Assembly (NCBI RefSeq): GCF_009914755.1
Contig: NC_060936.1
Reading direction: 5' to 3' (one strand)
Source: the human T2T-CHM13v2.0 reference genome, Homo sapiens
Length of the DNA stretch: 64,000 bases
In this document: positions 24,057-37,797 of the stretch, one piece after another
How the letters are laid out: each line of letters opens with the position of its first letter
How positions within the stretch are numbered: the first letter of the stretch is position 1
The notes under the pieces: generated by a model
Seen by the model: the letters and a program-made list of their open reading frames with translations, nothing else
What the model was told of the DNA's origin: nothing
Databases searched by the model: none
Made by a program: the position numbers and the translations under genes

Positions 24057-26867
24057 ACTTAAAAAATTTTATCTAAAATTCAAATTAAATGGGGAATCCT
24101 GTCGTTTTATTTGCTCTGATACCCCCTGAAGTGACAGATTCTGTTTGCTGTGGTTGGTCTCTGGGCATGCTGAGTACCTCCCCTACCCTCACTGGTTCCT
24201 CGTGGGTTCCATGATCCTGCCTACATCTGTAAAGATCCATTCGGTAAGTAATGAACACAGCGACATGAATTCTGTTTCTAGCTGAGATCCTGACAGGTAC
24301 GACAGCTCTTGTTCTGTGAGCCTTGTCGTAAACATTTTTCTGCATGAGGGTCATATTTCAAGTGGCTTCGGTCTCAGGGGAAGCAGAGTGATGTCACAGC
24401 TGCGAACGGCGAGACTCTGGGCTACAGCCCTACTTACTCAGGGCTGGGGCACCTGACACTCCCCCTGCCTTGGTCTCTGCTAGCCTCCCGTCAGAGACAC
24501 CTTTCCAGGGAAACCTTCCCTGCCCACTGAGCTACACTCCCAGGCTCCCTCAACCCCATCGCCCCATAACAAGCCTGCGTCACGTGACCACTCTCTGATG
24601 CCCCCTAATTTACTGTTCCGTTTTCCCACCTGTACCTTAGCTCTGTGACTGCAGGGGCCTTACTGGTCTTGGCCAAAAACACATCCCCCATGACCCTCTC
24701 ATGTGCTCAATAACTCAAGAAATGAATAAATGAGGGCAAACATCAGGAACGTAGACAGAAAGAGGCTCTCTCTGCCTTGCCCCCTTCCTAAAAACACTGC
24801 TGTCATCAAATGTCCCTTAGTCTGCAAACGCGGGTGAGTTTTGGGCTGTGAACATCAGTACCCACATCACATCCTGAACACCATCATCCCCTCAATTTGC
24901 TTCCTTACACACGCAAGGCTTGCCTGAACTGGGGCGCTGCTCTAATGGGTCTGAGGAGGCAGGAGGGAGTTCTGGAACACGCACTGTCTTGGATTCCCCA
25001 CCCAGCCCCGATAATGGCTTTTCTCGAGCGAGTTTCTCGGTAGCTGCAGCTGCAGAAGCACAGACAGGTACAGTTGCCATGATACGGCCGTTGTGGTAAT
25101 TTAGCCTCAGAGCTCTGGCTCCCCTGGAATAATTTAACGATCTGTCGTGGGAAGGGAGGAAGGAGGACAAGTGTGGTGTGGCTTGGTGTCTCCACCTCCA
25201 AAAAATAATCTAAGTTTCCGTAGCCAGAGGAGGCCCACGGCTGGGGAGATGGAAGAGTGAGAACAGTTTTTCCAGGACCCAGGTGGGAATGCCTGACTTC
25301 TCTACTTTTGGGGGAGGAAACAAGTGAATTAAAAAAATGGCAGGGACATCTACACCAAACGTTGTCTTCCTCTGGCCACTAGTTACCTCCCTTTTGCATC
25401 CAGAGCCTGGAGTGTCTTTCTTTAAAGTGACAGCTTATATTAATAAAAACCCTGACGTGGCAGCCTCTCTCTTTCCCTCAAGGGCCCATTTCATGGAAGA
25501 CGAAACTACGGCCAGACAGGAAGGCAAAACGCTGTCATCTCTGCTAACAAACACTTTGGAGGATGGGTGTGAACAACTGTCCTGGCTCCCTGACTTAAGA
25601 GGAGGTCTCTTTCACAGGCTGGACAAAATCCTTCCTTGTGAAAACCACATGTTGCTTCCTTGCAACACCAACTCTTGGAAAGAACTGAGGCCTGGTAGTG
25701 TCTCTTCCGGAGGCCCAGTTATTCTGTGGGGTAGAAGCAAAGCCTTCCTGCAGAGACGACCCACATGCCCTCCACCCATGGGGGTGCACATGCACCCTGA
25801 CCGTCACTAATTGTGCTGCTGGCCACTCGGTACAGCTGGGTCCTCTTATAACGGAGCTTCTGTCCTCAAATCCTCCAGGCCCCCATGGGCAAGTCACAGA
25901 GTCCTGGTGGCCCCTGTTCTCTGGGAGTTCTGTCAGCTCATGTGCTCTCCCCTCTAAGGGGAGAAGGGCTCTGGCAGCTGGGCTGAGGACACAGTGAAGG
26001 GCAGGTGTGTAGGAGAGATAGGTGCTGGGACCTCATGGCTTGGGGTGAAAAGAAAGAGAACCCCATTCCTCTTGCATAGGACAGGCACCAGGTGTCTTAA
26101 GGAGGACATGGTTCTCTCTGTCTCAACTGGCCATTGAGAGTTGTCCCAAACCTGGCCTGTGGGGCTCAGTGACCTTGAGCAAATCACTCACACCCTGTGT
26201 GAAGTGGAGGAATGGCCTAGCCACCTCCATGGGAGTTCAAGGCTCTGTAAACCTTAAAGCATGATCCTAAATCACCAGAATTCTGTGTTCTAGAAAACTC
26301 TTCCTCCTCCAAGGTAAAGAATCAGCATATTTTATTTGAAAGGAGCTCTAGGCTCATAGTAAAAGGAATCTCAAGATGAACGACTGGCACAGCCTGCTCA
26401 GTACTGAAAAGAGCCAGAGAAGGCCCTGGAGCTGAGTGGATTCTAAATGAGAGCTGGAGGCACGGGGGGAGGGAGAAGACTGAGAATTATGGGAAGCGGG
26501 GCCCATGCCGAGCCCAGGGGTGGCTCCAAGGAGCGGCTTGGGGTATCTTAACCCTCTGGACTCCCATTAGCCCCTCCCCAGCCACCCAAAATCTACATAA
26601 AAGCATGTGCTTACTGGGCAAATGGAGCTCCCTGGCAGGTACCCTCAGATGACCCACAGCATTGGAGAAATTCTGGAGCCACTAAGAGTCCAGAGATACA
26701 AGAGTTCAAGCCCCAGCTTTTATGCTGAGTCTGCAAGCCCTGTGTGGTCACGTTGTCAATAATAAAGCAGCCCTCTTTTTCCCAGGAGAGGCAGTTGCTG
26801 GCAACATGAAGCCCTTGGGATGCCTTGAAAAAATTGCCAAGCCTAAACATTTTTGGGAAAAGGCAAA

Positions 26868-26961
26868 AGGAGAGAAAGAGAGACAGAGAGAGAGAGAGAG
26901 GGAAGGAGAGAGAGACAGACAGAGAGAGGTTGTAGGGAACGAGGGAGAAAAAACAGAGAGA
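26868..26961. repeat. GA-rich low-complexity tract
   Basis: gagagacagagagagagagagaggg... seen directly. Confidence 0.85.
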
Positions 26962-27835
26962 TAACTTTGAGGAACAGGACATGCAAAAGGCAGGTCATCG
27001 CCTCTAAAGAAAACTCCTGCCCAGAAATTTCAAGAAGTCACCTGTGGCTACCAGAGTGACAGTGACAGTAGGAAATGGTGAACAGACTGATTGCAGGTGG
27101 TGTTCTGGACAACGCAGCCTGGGCTGGGGGTGGCCAGTTCTGGCAAGAAAGCAAGAAAGCAAGAGAGGCTGCTGTCTAGTGCAGACAGAACCCTCTTTGA
27201 TGCCACATGTGGGTCAGGGTGTCTGCTGGAATTAACTGGCTGAGCTATCAGTCAAGGAAGAGGGAAAAGAAGGGGCTTATCAAATACTGAGAAAGACCCT
27301 CTTGTAGTCCATCTTCTCTTTTCTTCTGGAAGGTAGTAGCAGAACACTGCACACTAATAGGGCAGACTGACTGACTCCAAATTCTCAATCACAAAGACAG
27401 CTATTATCTTCTATAACCAGTGATTCCACAATAGTGCCTACAGATATTTTTCCCATTTTACAGATGAGGAAATCAGGCAGGTTAGGTAACCTGGCCAAGG
27501 CCATGAGACTGATCAGCGTTGAGCTGGGATTTGGACCCAGGTCTGTCTGGTTTCTGAGTCTCTGCTCTTTCCCATGATGCCATCCTGCTGTAGATGGGGC
27601 CACTGTGGGAACTCAATTGCCTGTCCACCAGCCCTGGATAACAGGAGGAGGTTTCTCACTGCCTGAGAAGACAGCTATAAACATGAATAGGGGGAAGTAG
27701 AGAATGAACCCTGTAATATAACCCTGGATAGGAACTGGAGGTATCAGTGTGAACTCATGATTTTAATACAGATACAGAAATAGAAATAGAGATAGAAGCA
27801 TATGCATCTGTGTGTGTATTTAAAAATATATACAT

Positions 27836-28136
27836 GTTGGGCACAGTGGCTTACGCCTGTAATCTCAGCACTTTGGGAGGCTGAAGTGAGAGGACAGCTT
27901 GAACCCAGGAGTTCAAGACCAGCCCAGGCAACATAGGGATACTCCATCTCTACCAAAAAAAAAAAAAAACAAAAAACTCGCCAGGCATGGTGATGCAAGA
28001 TTGTGGACCCAGCTACTCAGGAGGCTGAGGTGGGAGGATCGCTTGAGCTAGGAGTTTGTAGCTGCAGTAGTCCATTATAGCACCACTGCACTCCAGCCTA
28101 GGTGACAGACCAAGACAATATCTCAAAAAAAAAAAA
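27836..28136 (+). mobile_element. AluJ-like, inserted in old L1
   Basis: Alu consensus with A-tail, followed by (AC)20. Confidence 0.9.
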
Positions 28137-28137
28137 G

Positions 28138-28140
<3 letters not shown>

Positions 28141-28180
<40 letters not shown>
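28141..28180. repeat. (AC)20 at Alu tail
   Basis: Counted directly. Confidence 0.95.
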
Positions 28181-28182
<2 letters not shown>

Positions 28183-28197
28183 ACTTTTTGCTAAGAC

Positions 28198-28419
28198 AGG
28201 TTGGTTCTCAATCAGGCAATTTTGCCCCTGTCCCCACCTCTATTCCTGCAGGACATCTGGCAATGTCTGGAGGCATTTTTAGTTGTCATTTTTTGGGTGC
28301 TACTGGCCTCTCTAGTGGGTAGAGGCCAGGGATGCTGCTGACCATCCCATAATGCACAGAACGGCCTCCCACCACAAATAATTATTCAGCCCAAGATGTG
28401 CCAAGGTTGGGAAACTCCG
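28198..28419 (+). mobile_element. MER20 (hAT-Charlie)
   Basis: ggcaatgtctggaggcatttttagttgtca...ctagtgggtagaggccagggatgctgct. Confidence 0.85.
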
Positions 28420-29659
28420 TACTGGAGGCAAGGAGACCCTGTAGCCATGAGCACACCTGGCACCCAGATCTTGGCTTCTAAGTACCATCACCCACTGCAG
28501 AGAACTAGGGCTCCCTGGAGAAATGGCTGATTCCAGGTTGGCACTGAGAAAGTACAAGATGAATCTGAAATATCTCCATAGAAAACACTTAAGAAAGAAT
28601 AACTTAAGGGTCGAAAAAAAAAGATGGGGACACATTGAAAGGACACAATCTACCTTGAAGGGGTTCCCACTGGTCAAATTGGGGACAATTTGCAAAACAA
28701 AATAAATAATGATAATAATGGTTTGTAACTCATTAAATAAAATAACCACTGACCCCACACTGATAAAAAATAAGAAAATAAATAACTATGAGGAAACGGA
28801 ATGTGGAGAAAAGCCCTTCCCGGGGGAGAATACCCACTAATAAATGTCATGTGGGAGGAATGATGGAATTACACAATCATCAGTTGGCCACCAGCACAGT
28901 GATGCATAATTCAGGTAAGGATCTTCAGTGGAAGCTAAAACTAGTAAAGTGAGTCCACACACAGGATATTTTCAGGGTCCTGAACTATCTTCCAACATAT
29001 TTCTTAATTACAAAGGGACAAATAGTAAGTTAGTGGAGAAAACCTGGCTGAAACTACTTTAACCAAATGATCAAAGATAACATCACCAGCAATGGGACAA
29101 ATCTTCGGTATTTCTATGTGAGAATCCTAACCAATCCAATCAGGACGAATCATCCCACAAACCCAATCGGGGAACTTCTACAAGGCAACTGGCTTGTACT
29201 TTTCAAAACTGTCAGGGTCGTGAAAAAGAAAGCAATACAGGGTAACATTTCCAAAATTAAAGAAAACTAAAGAGACATGAAAATGGAATGTAACGTGTGG
29301 TTCTGGATGGGGTTCTGAATCAGTTGTTTCCGGTTCTATGGAGGACATTATTAGAATAAGTGGTAGCATTTGGAATAAGATCTATAGATAAGATAACATT
29401 GTCTCTAGGTTAATTTCCTGGTTTTGATAACTGTACTATAACGTATAAAAAGGATCTTGTTTTTTTTAAACAATATACTTTTAGATATTTACTGGTGAAG
29501 TAGGGTCATCTATGAAACTTACTTTCAAATGGTTCAGAAAAACCAGTATGGGAATATAGAGAGAATGATAAACATTAACTTTGGGGAATATGAGTGAAGG
29601 GTATCTGGAACTCTTTATAATATTCTTGCAACTTTTCTATATGTTTGAATTTTTTTTAA

Positions 29660-30290
<631 letters not shown>

Positions 30291-30812
30291 TAACCAGTGA
30301 CAGACCCAGGCCCGTTAAGATAGATGCAGACTCCTCTAAAGCTTTTTTGAATAAGTAATCACATAAAGTAATGCATGAACAGCTGCAATGGAGTCTTACT
30401 CCTGTGCTAGATAAAGGCTCAGCTCTGCATAGTCCACCATGGACCTTGCAACTGTGGTGTGGCCTTTCTCAGTAGTTTGGACCTAACAGGCACTTTTCAC
30501 AATGCGGTTTTGTTTTGTTTTTGCTTTTGTTTTTGTTTTTGTTTTTGTTTTAACCCAAAGATTTGCTCTTGTCTTGCATGAGGAAAAAACACTCATTTTC
30601 TTTGGATGGAGATCCTATGGGTCCACCTCCAAGAGAATCCATTAGTTCCAACTTTAACACGAGTTTCTCAAACAGTAAACATCACACAGGCCACGCAGCC
30701 CAAGGACAGACGGGTCTGGGTGTGCAAGCGCAGAGGACTTTAGAGATGAACACCTGTTTCTCAGAGGAATGCAGAAAGCCTGCGCTGAGAGGGAATTCCG
30801 TGTTCATCTACA

Positions 30813-31123
30813 CCAGGGTTTGGCAAACTGTACCGCCTGTTTTGTACAGCCATCGAAGCAAGGGTGGTTTTTACATTTTTAAAATATTTTGGGGGAAAAA
30901 AATCACAAGAATAACATTTTGTGACACAAGAAAATCATATGAAATTCCAATTTCATCGTCTATGATACAGATTTACTGGAAGAGCCACACCTACTTGTTG
31001 ACTTCTTGTCTTTGCTTTTTGAGCTGTAGGCAGAGTTGGGTAATCCTGATGGAGAGCTGGGGGCCCACAAAGCTAAAACTCTTCACTGTCTGGCCCTTTA
31101 TGGATAAATTTGACAATCTCTGA
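30813..31123. mobile_element. MER58B-like
   Basis: cagggtttggcaaact...ggcccacaaagctaaaactcttcactgtctggccctttatgg. Confidence 0.72.
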
Positions 31124-31199
31124 TCTAGAGGAGCCTTTCTCACCCATGGCTGCCTATCTGAATCACCTGACAGGGAGTGTTTTAAAAAATGCCAACACT

Positions 31200-31519
31200 G
31201 GCTGGGCGCAGTGGCTCATGCCTGTAAATCCCAGCACTTTGGGAGGCCGAGGTGGGCACATCACGAGGTCAGGAGATCGAGACCATCCTGGCTAACACAG
31301 TGAAACCCCGTCTCTGCTAAAAATACAAAAAATTAGCCAGGCGTGGTGGCATGCACTTGTGGTCGCAGCTACTCGGGAGGCTGAGGCAGGAGAATCGCTT
31401 AAACCCGGGAGGTGAGGTTGCAGTGAGCCGAGATCGCACCACTGCACTCCAGCCTGAGCAACAGAGCAAGACTCCATCTCAAAAAAAAAAAAAAAAAAAG
31501 AAAAAAGAAAAAAGAAAAA
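31200..31519 (+). mobile_element. Alu (AluSc-like) with long A-rich tail
   Basis: Contains ggagatcgagaccatcctggctaac; tail at 31481-31519; degenerate TSD containing gccaaca. Confidence 0.92.
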
Positions 31520-31576
31520 GCCAACATCTAGTAGATCTGATTTCACTGATCTTGGGTGGGCCTCAGGCACCCAACC

Positions 31577-31869
31577 TTTTTGTGTGTGACAGGGTCTTGC
31601 TCTGTCACCCAGGCTGGAGTGCAAATGGTGCGATCTCAGCTCACTGCAACCTCTACCTCCTGGGTTCGGGTGATCCTCTTACCTCAGCCCCCTGAGTACC
31701 TGGGACTACAAGAGTGCACCAACATGCTCAGCTAGTTTTTAAAATTTTCTGTAGAGGTGAGGTCTCACTACATTGCCCAGGCTGTTGTTGAACTCGTGGG
31801 CTCAACTGATCCTCCTGGCTTGGGCTCCCAAAGTGTTGAGATTACAGGTGTGAGCCACTGTGCCTGGCT
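31577..31869 (-). mobile_element. AluJ-like
   Basis: Reverse Alu consensus, inverted relative to the Alu at 31200. Confidence 0.9.
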
Positions 31870-32750
31870 CATCCCAACTTTTTACAAGTCCCTGAGGCCA
31901 CCTGGATGCATAGCCAGACCTGTGGTTAGCTCCCTGGACTTGCTCCTCCCACTCCCTGGCCAACCATCAGAAAGCTGGAGAAAGACAGCGAGAGAACAGA
32001 ATGCTGCTCTATTAAGAATCTGAGTCAGGGGCCTCTGCCAGCATGTGCACTGCTTTTAGTGAAAAAAAACTCAATGCTTTACAAACATTCCCTTTGAAAT
32101 GACATTATATAACCAATCTGTTTAATGACATAACAAATAACAGAATCCCGTGGAAGCTGACATCACATCCGTCAAAGACTATTTGGTTCTGCTTTGCAAC
32201 CACTTTGTAGATTTCAGCCCAAATCTCGACTGGCTTTAAACCTTGACCTTCTAAGTCCACATTCCAGTGGCCACTGTCTCATCTGTCAATGTGGGGCCCA
32301 TAAAGAACACTCTTCACTGTCCACATGATTTTAGGTTCTTCCCAGGAACAGTATGACAATTTCCGTATATTGTATATGATTTTTTTCAAAGCCCCTTTAT
32401 GTACATTCTCTTAAGATTCTTAAGAGAAACATGTGAGAGGACAGGCATCAGTTCCCCCATTCAACAGATGAGGAAACTGAGGTTCCCAGAAGAGCAGTGC
32501 TCAGCAGAGCAGTTACAAGCAGAGACTGGCCTCTGCCAGGGCTGGACTTTCAACCTGTCTTCCCTGCATTTTAGCTGTAGGCAGGGACACTGCCTCTGTA
32601 AGCTGTAATTCCCGTCTTCATCTCTAAAATGGAGGTAAAAACTTCAACCTCATGGGACTATTGTGAGGACCAAAGGGATATTAGAGAACTTAGCTTGGCG
32701 TTTGGCATGTGGTCAGCACTAGAAAAATAAAATATAGATAGAAATAAAGG

Positions 32751-33148
32751 CAGTGGTTCTTAACGGGTGGTACTGCCCCCCTGAAAGCCTTTGGGGGGCT
32801 CTTCTGGACGTCGCAATGACTGTGATCATGGCTGGTATTTAGTGGGTGGTGGCCATGCATGTGAAATGCCCACAGGCAGAGGACAGCCCTCTCCCCGCAT
32901 GCCAACAGAAACACTGGGATGCTCCCGGCTCCTCTGCTGTTTCCTCCACACATTTCCCTCTGGTCCTTTCCCTACAGGCCACAGTCTCTCGGCCCCATCT
33001 GTCCTGTGCACTGTAGGGTGTTGAGAAGCACCCCTGGCTTCCATCCACTAGATGCCAGCAGCACCCTTCAGGTTGCAACAACCAAAAGTGACTCTAGACA
33101 TTTCCAAATGTCCCCTGGCAGGCAAAGTGCCCTGGTGGATCAGCACTG
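32751..33148. mobile_element. MER20B-like (+, ~32751-32916) and MER20 (-, ~32985-33148) fragments in opposite orientation
   Basis: Start cagtggttcttaac; reverse MER20 ccactagatgccagcagcacc...gacatttccaaatgtcccctgg. Confidence 0.65.
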
Positions 33149-33699
33149 CTATGGGGAAAGGCACATCCCGAGCTGCAGTTCCCTTCAGCTCTCAGGAACC
33201 CACAGGCAAGGAGAACCCACAGGAATGTGGGAGCTGCACTCTGTAAAACCCAACTCAGCTCAGCCCCAAACCTGGGCAAAGCAGCTGAAGCCTGAGTCAA
33301 TCTGGGGAAATTTTGGGGGTAGCAAACAAAAATGACACATGGTCTCCCTCATCTGGAACACAAAGATGGCATTCTCCTGCAGTCACTCTGCCTTTAAGAC
33401 CAGCCCCACGGGTCCTCAGTTGAAAGCAAAAGTGTGCCTGCTTCCTGATCACCACACATCTGCTTTCTAGTGTCGCTGACATTTGTTTTTCATACTAAAA
33501 AAACAAAAACAAACAAACAAACAAAAAAAAACAAAAAGACCCCAAAACCCAAACAAACAACGAATTTTAAACTGCTTAGGTGAAAGGAAGAGAATATAAA
33601 GCATTATTTATTCCTTTGCCTGGATGCACGGCTCTTGGAAAGAAACACATGTGGAACGATTTATTTTATGGCTAGAGGAGTCTTCGAGGAAGAAGGGAA

Positions 33700-34380
33700 A
33701 ATACATGCATTCCATTGCATTTCAATCAAGCTGAGGGGGAAAAAAAAAAACAAAGAAAAGGCGTAATCGATCAGAGAGCCTCAGCGCTCAGATCCGCACC
33801 CTCCTTCTCCAGCTCCCCAGCTCCCTGCTCCAAGGCTGCAGCTACCTCCGGCTTTCCGGGCTGGAGCCCAGGCAGCTGGGAGCCTGGGAGTGGTAACCTC
33901 GCTAATTCAATAAATGAACTCTGACAAGCCTAAATGGTTGTTTGGATGGATCCTCTCTCATTCCCCCCTCCCTCGCTGCCCAAAACCTCAAATAAAATAA
34001 ATTAAATAAAACACTAGACACAATCTGAGTCTTTTACGGCCGCCTTCTCTAGTGGGAGTCAGAAAAATGCTAATGATTCTGGGGCTGCCGGAGCTGAGCC
34101 AGGCTGGCTCTGGGCCGTGAGTGGCCGGGGTGTTTTCCCTTCCTCTGCTCTGCTGTTTTCTTTTCCTCCCCTGGCACCCCCTTTCCTCCCTGCCTTGCTC
34201 TCTGGTGGGGGCAGGGGTGGGCTGGAATATTATTCAGCATCCTGCCATAGGTGTCTGCAGCCAATCGGAGGCGATGGCAGCCGCTTGCACCTTGCTGACA
34301 GTTGCTGTCAAAATACTCTCACAACCGGCAGCTCGATAATAACTCGAAAATGAGATACAAATGAGTGACTCTTCATGAGT
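33700..34380. promoter_or_regulatory. Candidate enhancer/cryptic promoter
   Basis: AGCCAATCGG at 34259-34268, a GC-box-like run at 34207-34222, inverted TGACAG-ttg-CTGTCA at 34296-34310, and retained CpGs. Confidence 0.4.
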
Positions 34381-34539
34381 GGAACACGCTGCCGATCACC
34401 CCCACCCCACTGGCTTCCGAGTGTATCGGGGAATGTTCAGGGATGGCAGAGAGAAGCTCCGGCCACGGTGGAGAGACTGGTTGAAAAACAAAAACCAACC
34501 AGCTAGAAGTGCTGGCTTCTCCCCATTCCATGTCCCTAG

Positions 34540-34950
<411 letters not shown>

Positions 34951-36873
34951 TGATGGAATATTTAGGTGGAAACAACCCATGGGGCTATTTCCTAGCCACC
35001 AATTTAGGAAGGGCTGCATCAGGATCCCCAGCAAGAGAAAAGAACCTTCTTCCCAGGAAACATCCCGCCATCTCCTGCCCTGTCCTGTTGTCCACAGGTG
35101 GGACGCTGGTTGCTTTTATTCATCCAGCCAACTCTCTCTTGCTCAAACTTGGGCTGTTCCTCCCATGGGGAAGTCAACATTAGCACAACTTGTTTAGAAA
35201 AGCACCAATAAGCCCCAGGGAGTACAAAGAGTGTGGTCAGCACTTTTCCACATTTCTCCAGCAGGGAGGGGGCTGACAGCAGGAGAGGGCAGAGACTCAG
35301 GCAGATCTTAAACTTCTTTCCCATTTGCCAGGGTTGGTTTGGACCTGGCATCACTCTCTGCTTCTCAAGGCAGAGCTGGAATCGTCCAGGTGGACAGGGA
35401 GGAAGGGGCTGTCATGTTCACTTACTTGAGGATATAGTAAGTCTCTGAAAATTGCAGAGCGCACACCACATCCATCCAGGAGGCTTAGAGGCCCTTAAAA
35501 AAAATTCACTGACTTTTTCTTTTTAATAATAGACCATTTTGGGTTGCAGCTACTGCTCTGCTATATTAACAGAAGCCAAGGTGATGGTTCAGGCTGGGAT
35601 GAAAAAAGATAAAACTTTTGCGAACACGCCTCTGTTAAAGGGACTTGATTTAAATTTCAGGTAGGCAGAGTATAATTGCCCCACGAAGTGTAATCACACT
35701 GCCTGGATTCAAACCTCTCCAATGTGATTCCCTCTGTCTTCCCGCTCATTTCCCTGTAGAAAGCCTTTGTTCCTCCGTCGTGTGTCGGGTAAACACTGAG
35801 ATCATTCTGCTTGTATGTGACAACGCACATCCTGAATAACCCTGTCTGTGTCACCCGTGTCTACTTTAAATAGTAAACTCCTGTAAAGAAAGGATCAGCC
35901 CGGTGTAACTTACTCTGTGAGCTGAGCCATTATAGAAGGCTTTTAAGCACTGCACTTGGAAGGATAAGAGGCTCTCAGCATCCTATGAATAGGTGAGATG
36001 CCTATTTGGGGGTTACATCAAGCCTCACCTACAAAGCCAGGCAAAGAACACAGACTAGAACTCAGGCTCGGGCCTCGGTTCTGCCACTTAACCAGCCACG
36101 AGACCTCAGGTGAGTCACTTAACCTCTCTGACCTGCTATCTCCTCATCTGTGCGGTGGTGATATTAATACCAGCCCTGCCTCCAGAGGCATAGGAAAAAA
36201 TGATGGGGCAAGGCAGACAGAAACAGGATTGCTATTGTTGCCCAGTGGGGACTGGGGTGGTTTTCTTTGGCATTTGCTCAATTTCCCAAACTCTCAGGAA
36301 TGAGATTCGTTTTATAATCAGGAGAAAGAATTTTGAAAGAGTAAAACTTTGACTTGCTAATAGGGTAAGATTCAAAAGAGTTTTGTGTATGAAAGAGTTT
36401 TGAAATGATATAAAGTGCTGGGCAAAAAGACAGCAGAGCAGTATTGTCCTGGCTTCGTTTAATGCGATTAGGTTTTTAAAAGGGTCAGCTTTGGAGTTAA
36501 AGAGGAATGCTGAACAGAGACGGGGAAGAGAGAATGCAGACAGCCACTCAAAAGGTTTATTAAAAGTGAAATGGGTCTTGAGTTTGAACCTGAGTATCTC
36601 ATGAAACACCCTCCTCGCCCTCCCCTGACAACTGTGATAGAGCAATGAACAGCTGTCTTATTTTGAAGAAATATTTTTTCTTCTGATTCTAAAGTGGTAT
36701 CCGTGTTCGGTGCAGGTAATTTGCCAAATGCACAGTAATATGGGGGAGGAAATAAAAAGTGCCTAAAAACTCACCAATAATGATCTTTATTTTGGGTGCA
36801 TTTCCTTCCAGTCTTTTTTTCTATGCATATATGTCTATGCGGGTCTACTCAATGACCACACTGTAACTATTGA

Positions 36874-37278
36874 TTTTTTTTTTTTTTTTTAATAAGAGAG
36901 ATGGGGTCTTGCTCTGTCACACAGGCTGGAGTGCAGTGGTGCAATCATGGCTCACAGCAGCCTCCAACTCCTGGGCTCAAGCCATCCTCCCACCTCAGTC
37001 TCCTGAGTAACTGGCACTACAGACACATGCCACCATACCTGTCTAATTTTTAATTTTTTGTAGAGACACACTGGTCTTGAATTTCTGGGTTCAAGCAATC
37101 CGCCTGCCTCAGCCTCCCAAAGTTCTGGGATTACAGGTGTGAGCCACCACACCTGGCCACCTAATTTTTAACTTTTTTGTAGTGACATGCTGTTCTTGAA
37201 CTTCTGGGCTCAAGCAATCCGCCCGCCTTGCCCTCCCAAAAGTGCTGGGATTACAGGTGTGAGCCACCGCGGCTGGCC
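36874..37278 (-). mobile_element. AluJ-like with tandemly duplicated left arm
   Basis: Full reverse Alu at 36874-37158 plus an extra left monomer at 37161-37278. Confidence 0.88.
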
Positions 37279-37571
37279 TACTGTTTTGATTCTTGCTTTC
37301 TTCCCTTGATTGCTGGATGGAAAAGCATTTCTCCTCGCAGTAACATTCTTGATAAACACTGCGGATGTCTTTTCCTTCCATCATTTAGCCCGCCCTGTCT
37401 CACTGCTGAACACTGGTAGTGTTTCTAATTTTTTGCTATCATAAGCAACCCACCATTGAAGATCCTCCCATTTAAAAACTTTGTCCACATTTCCAATTAT
37501 TTCTTTAGAATAGAGCTCTAGGAGAAGAATCATTAGATCAAAAGGTATCAGCGTTTTAAAGAATCTAGATC

Positions 37572-37797
37572 CGTGCTGCCCAATATGGCAGCCTCTGCCA
37601 TATGTGACTAAAATGAGAAAAATACAGGTTTTTGGCTCTTTCAATTGACATTGAGTAAAGTGAAAATTCAATTCCTCAGTCACACTTGCCAGATTTCAAG
37701 TGCTCAGGAGCGACACAGGGCCAGCAGCTACTGTACTGGACAGCGTAGATGGAGAGTATCTTTATTGCGGCAGAAAGTTCTAATGGATGGTGTTGTC
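37572..37797. mobile_element. MER33/MER3-like
   Basis: aattcaattcctcagtcacacttgccagatttcaagtgctc...gcagaaagttctaatgga. Confidence 0.72.

Noticed and set aside
30563-31123. 186-aa ORF
   Set aside because: Largely read through a MER58-like fossil and starts at a non-ATG codon.
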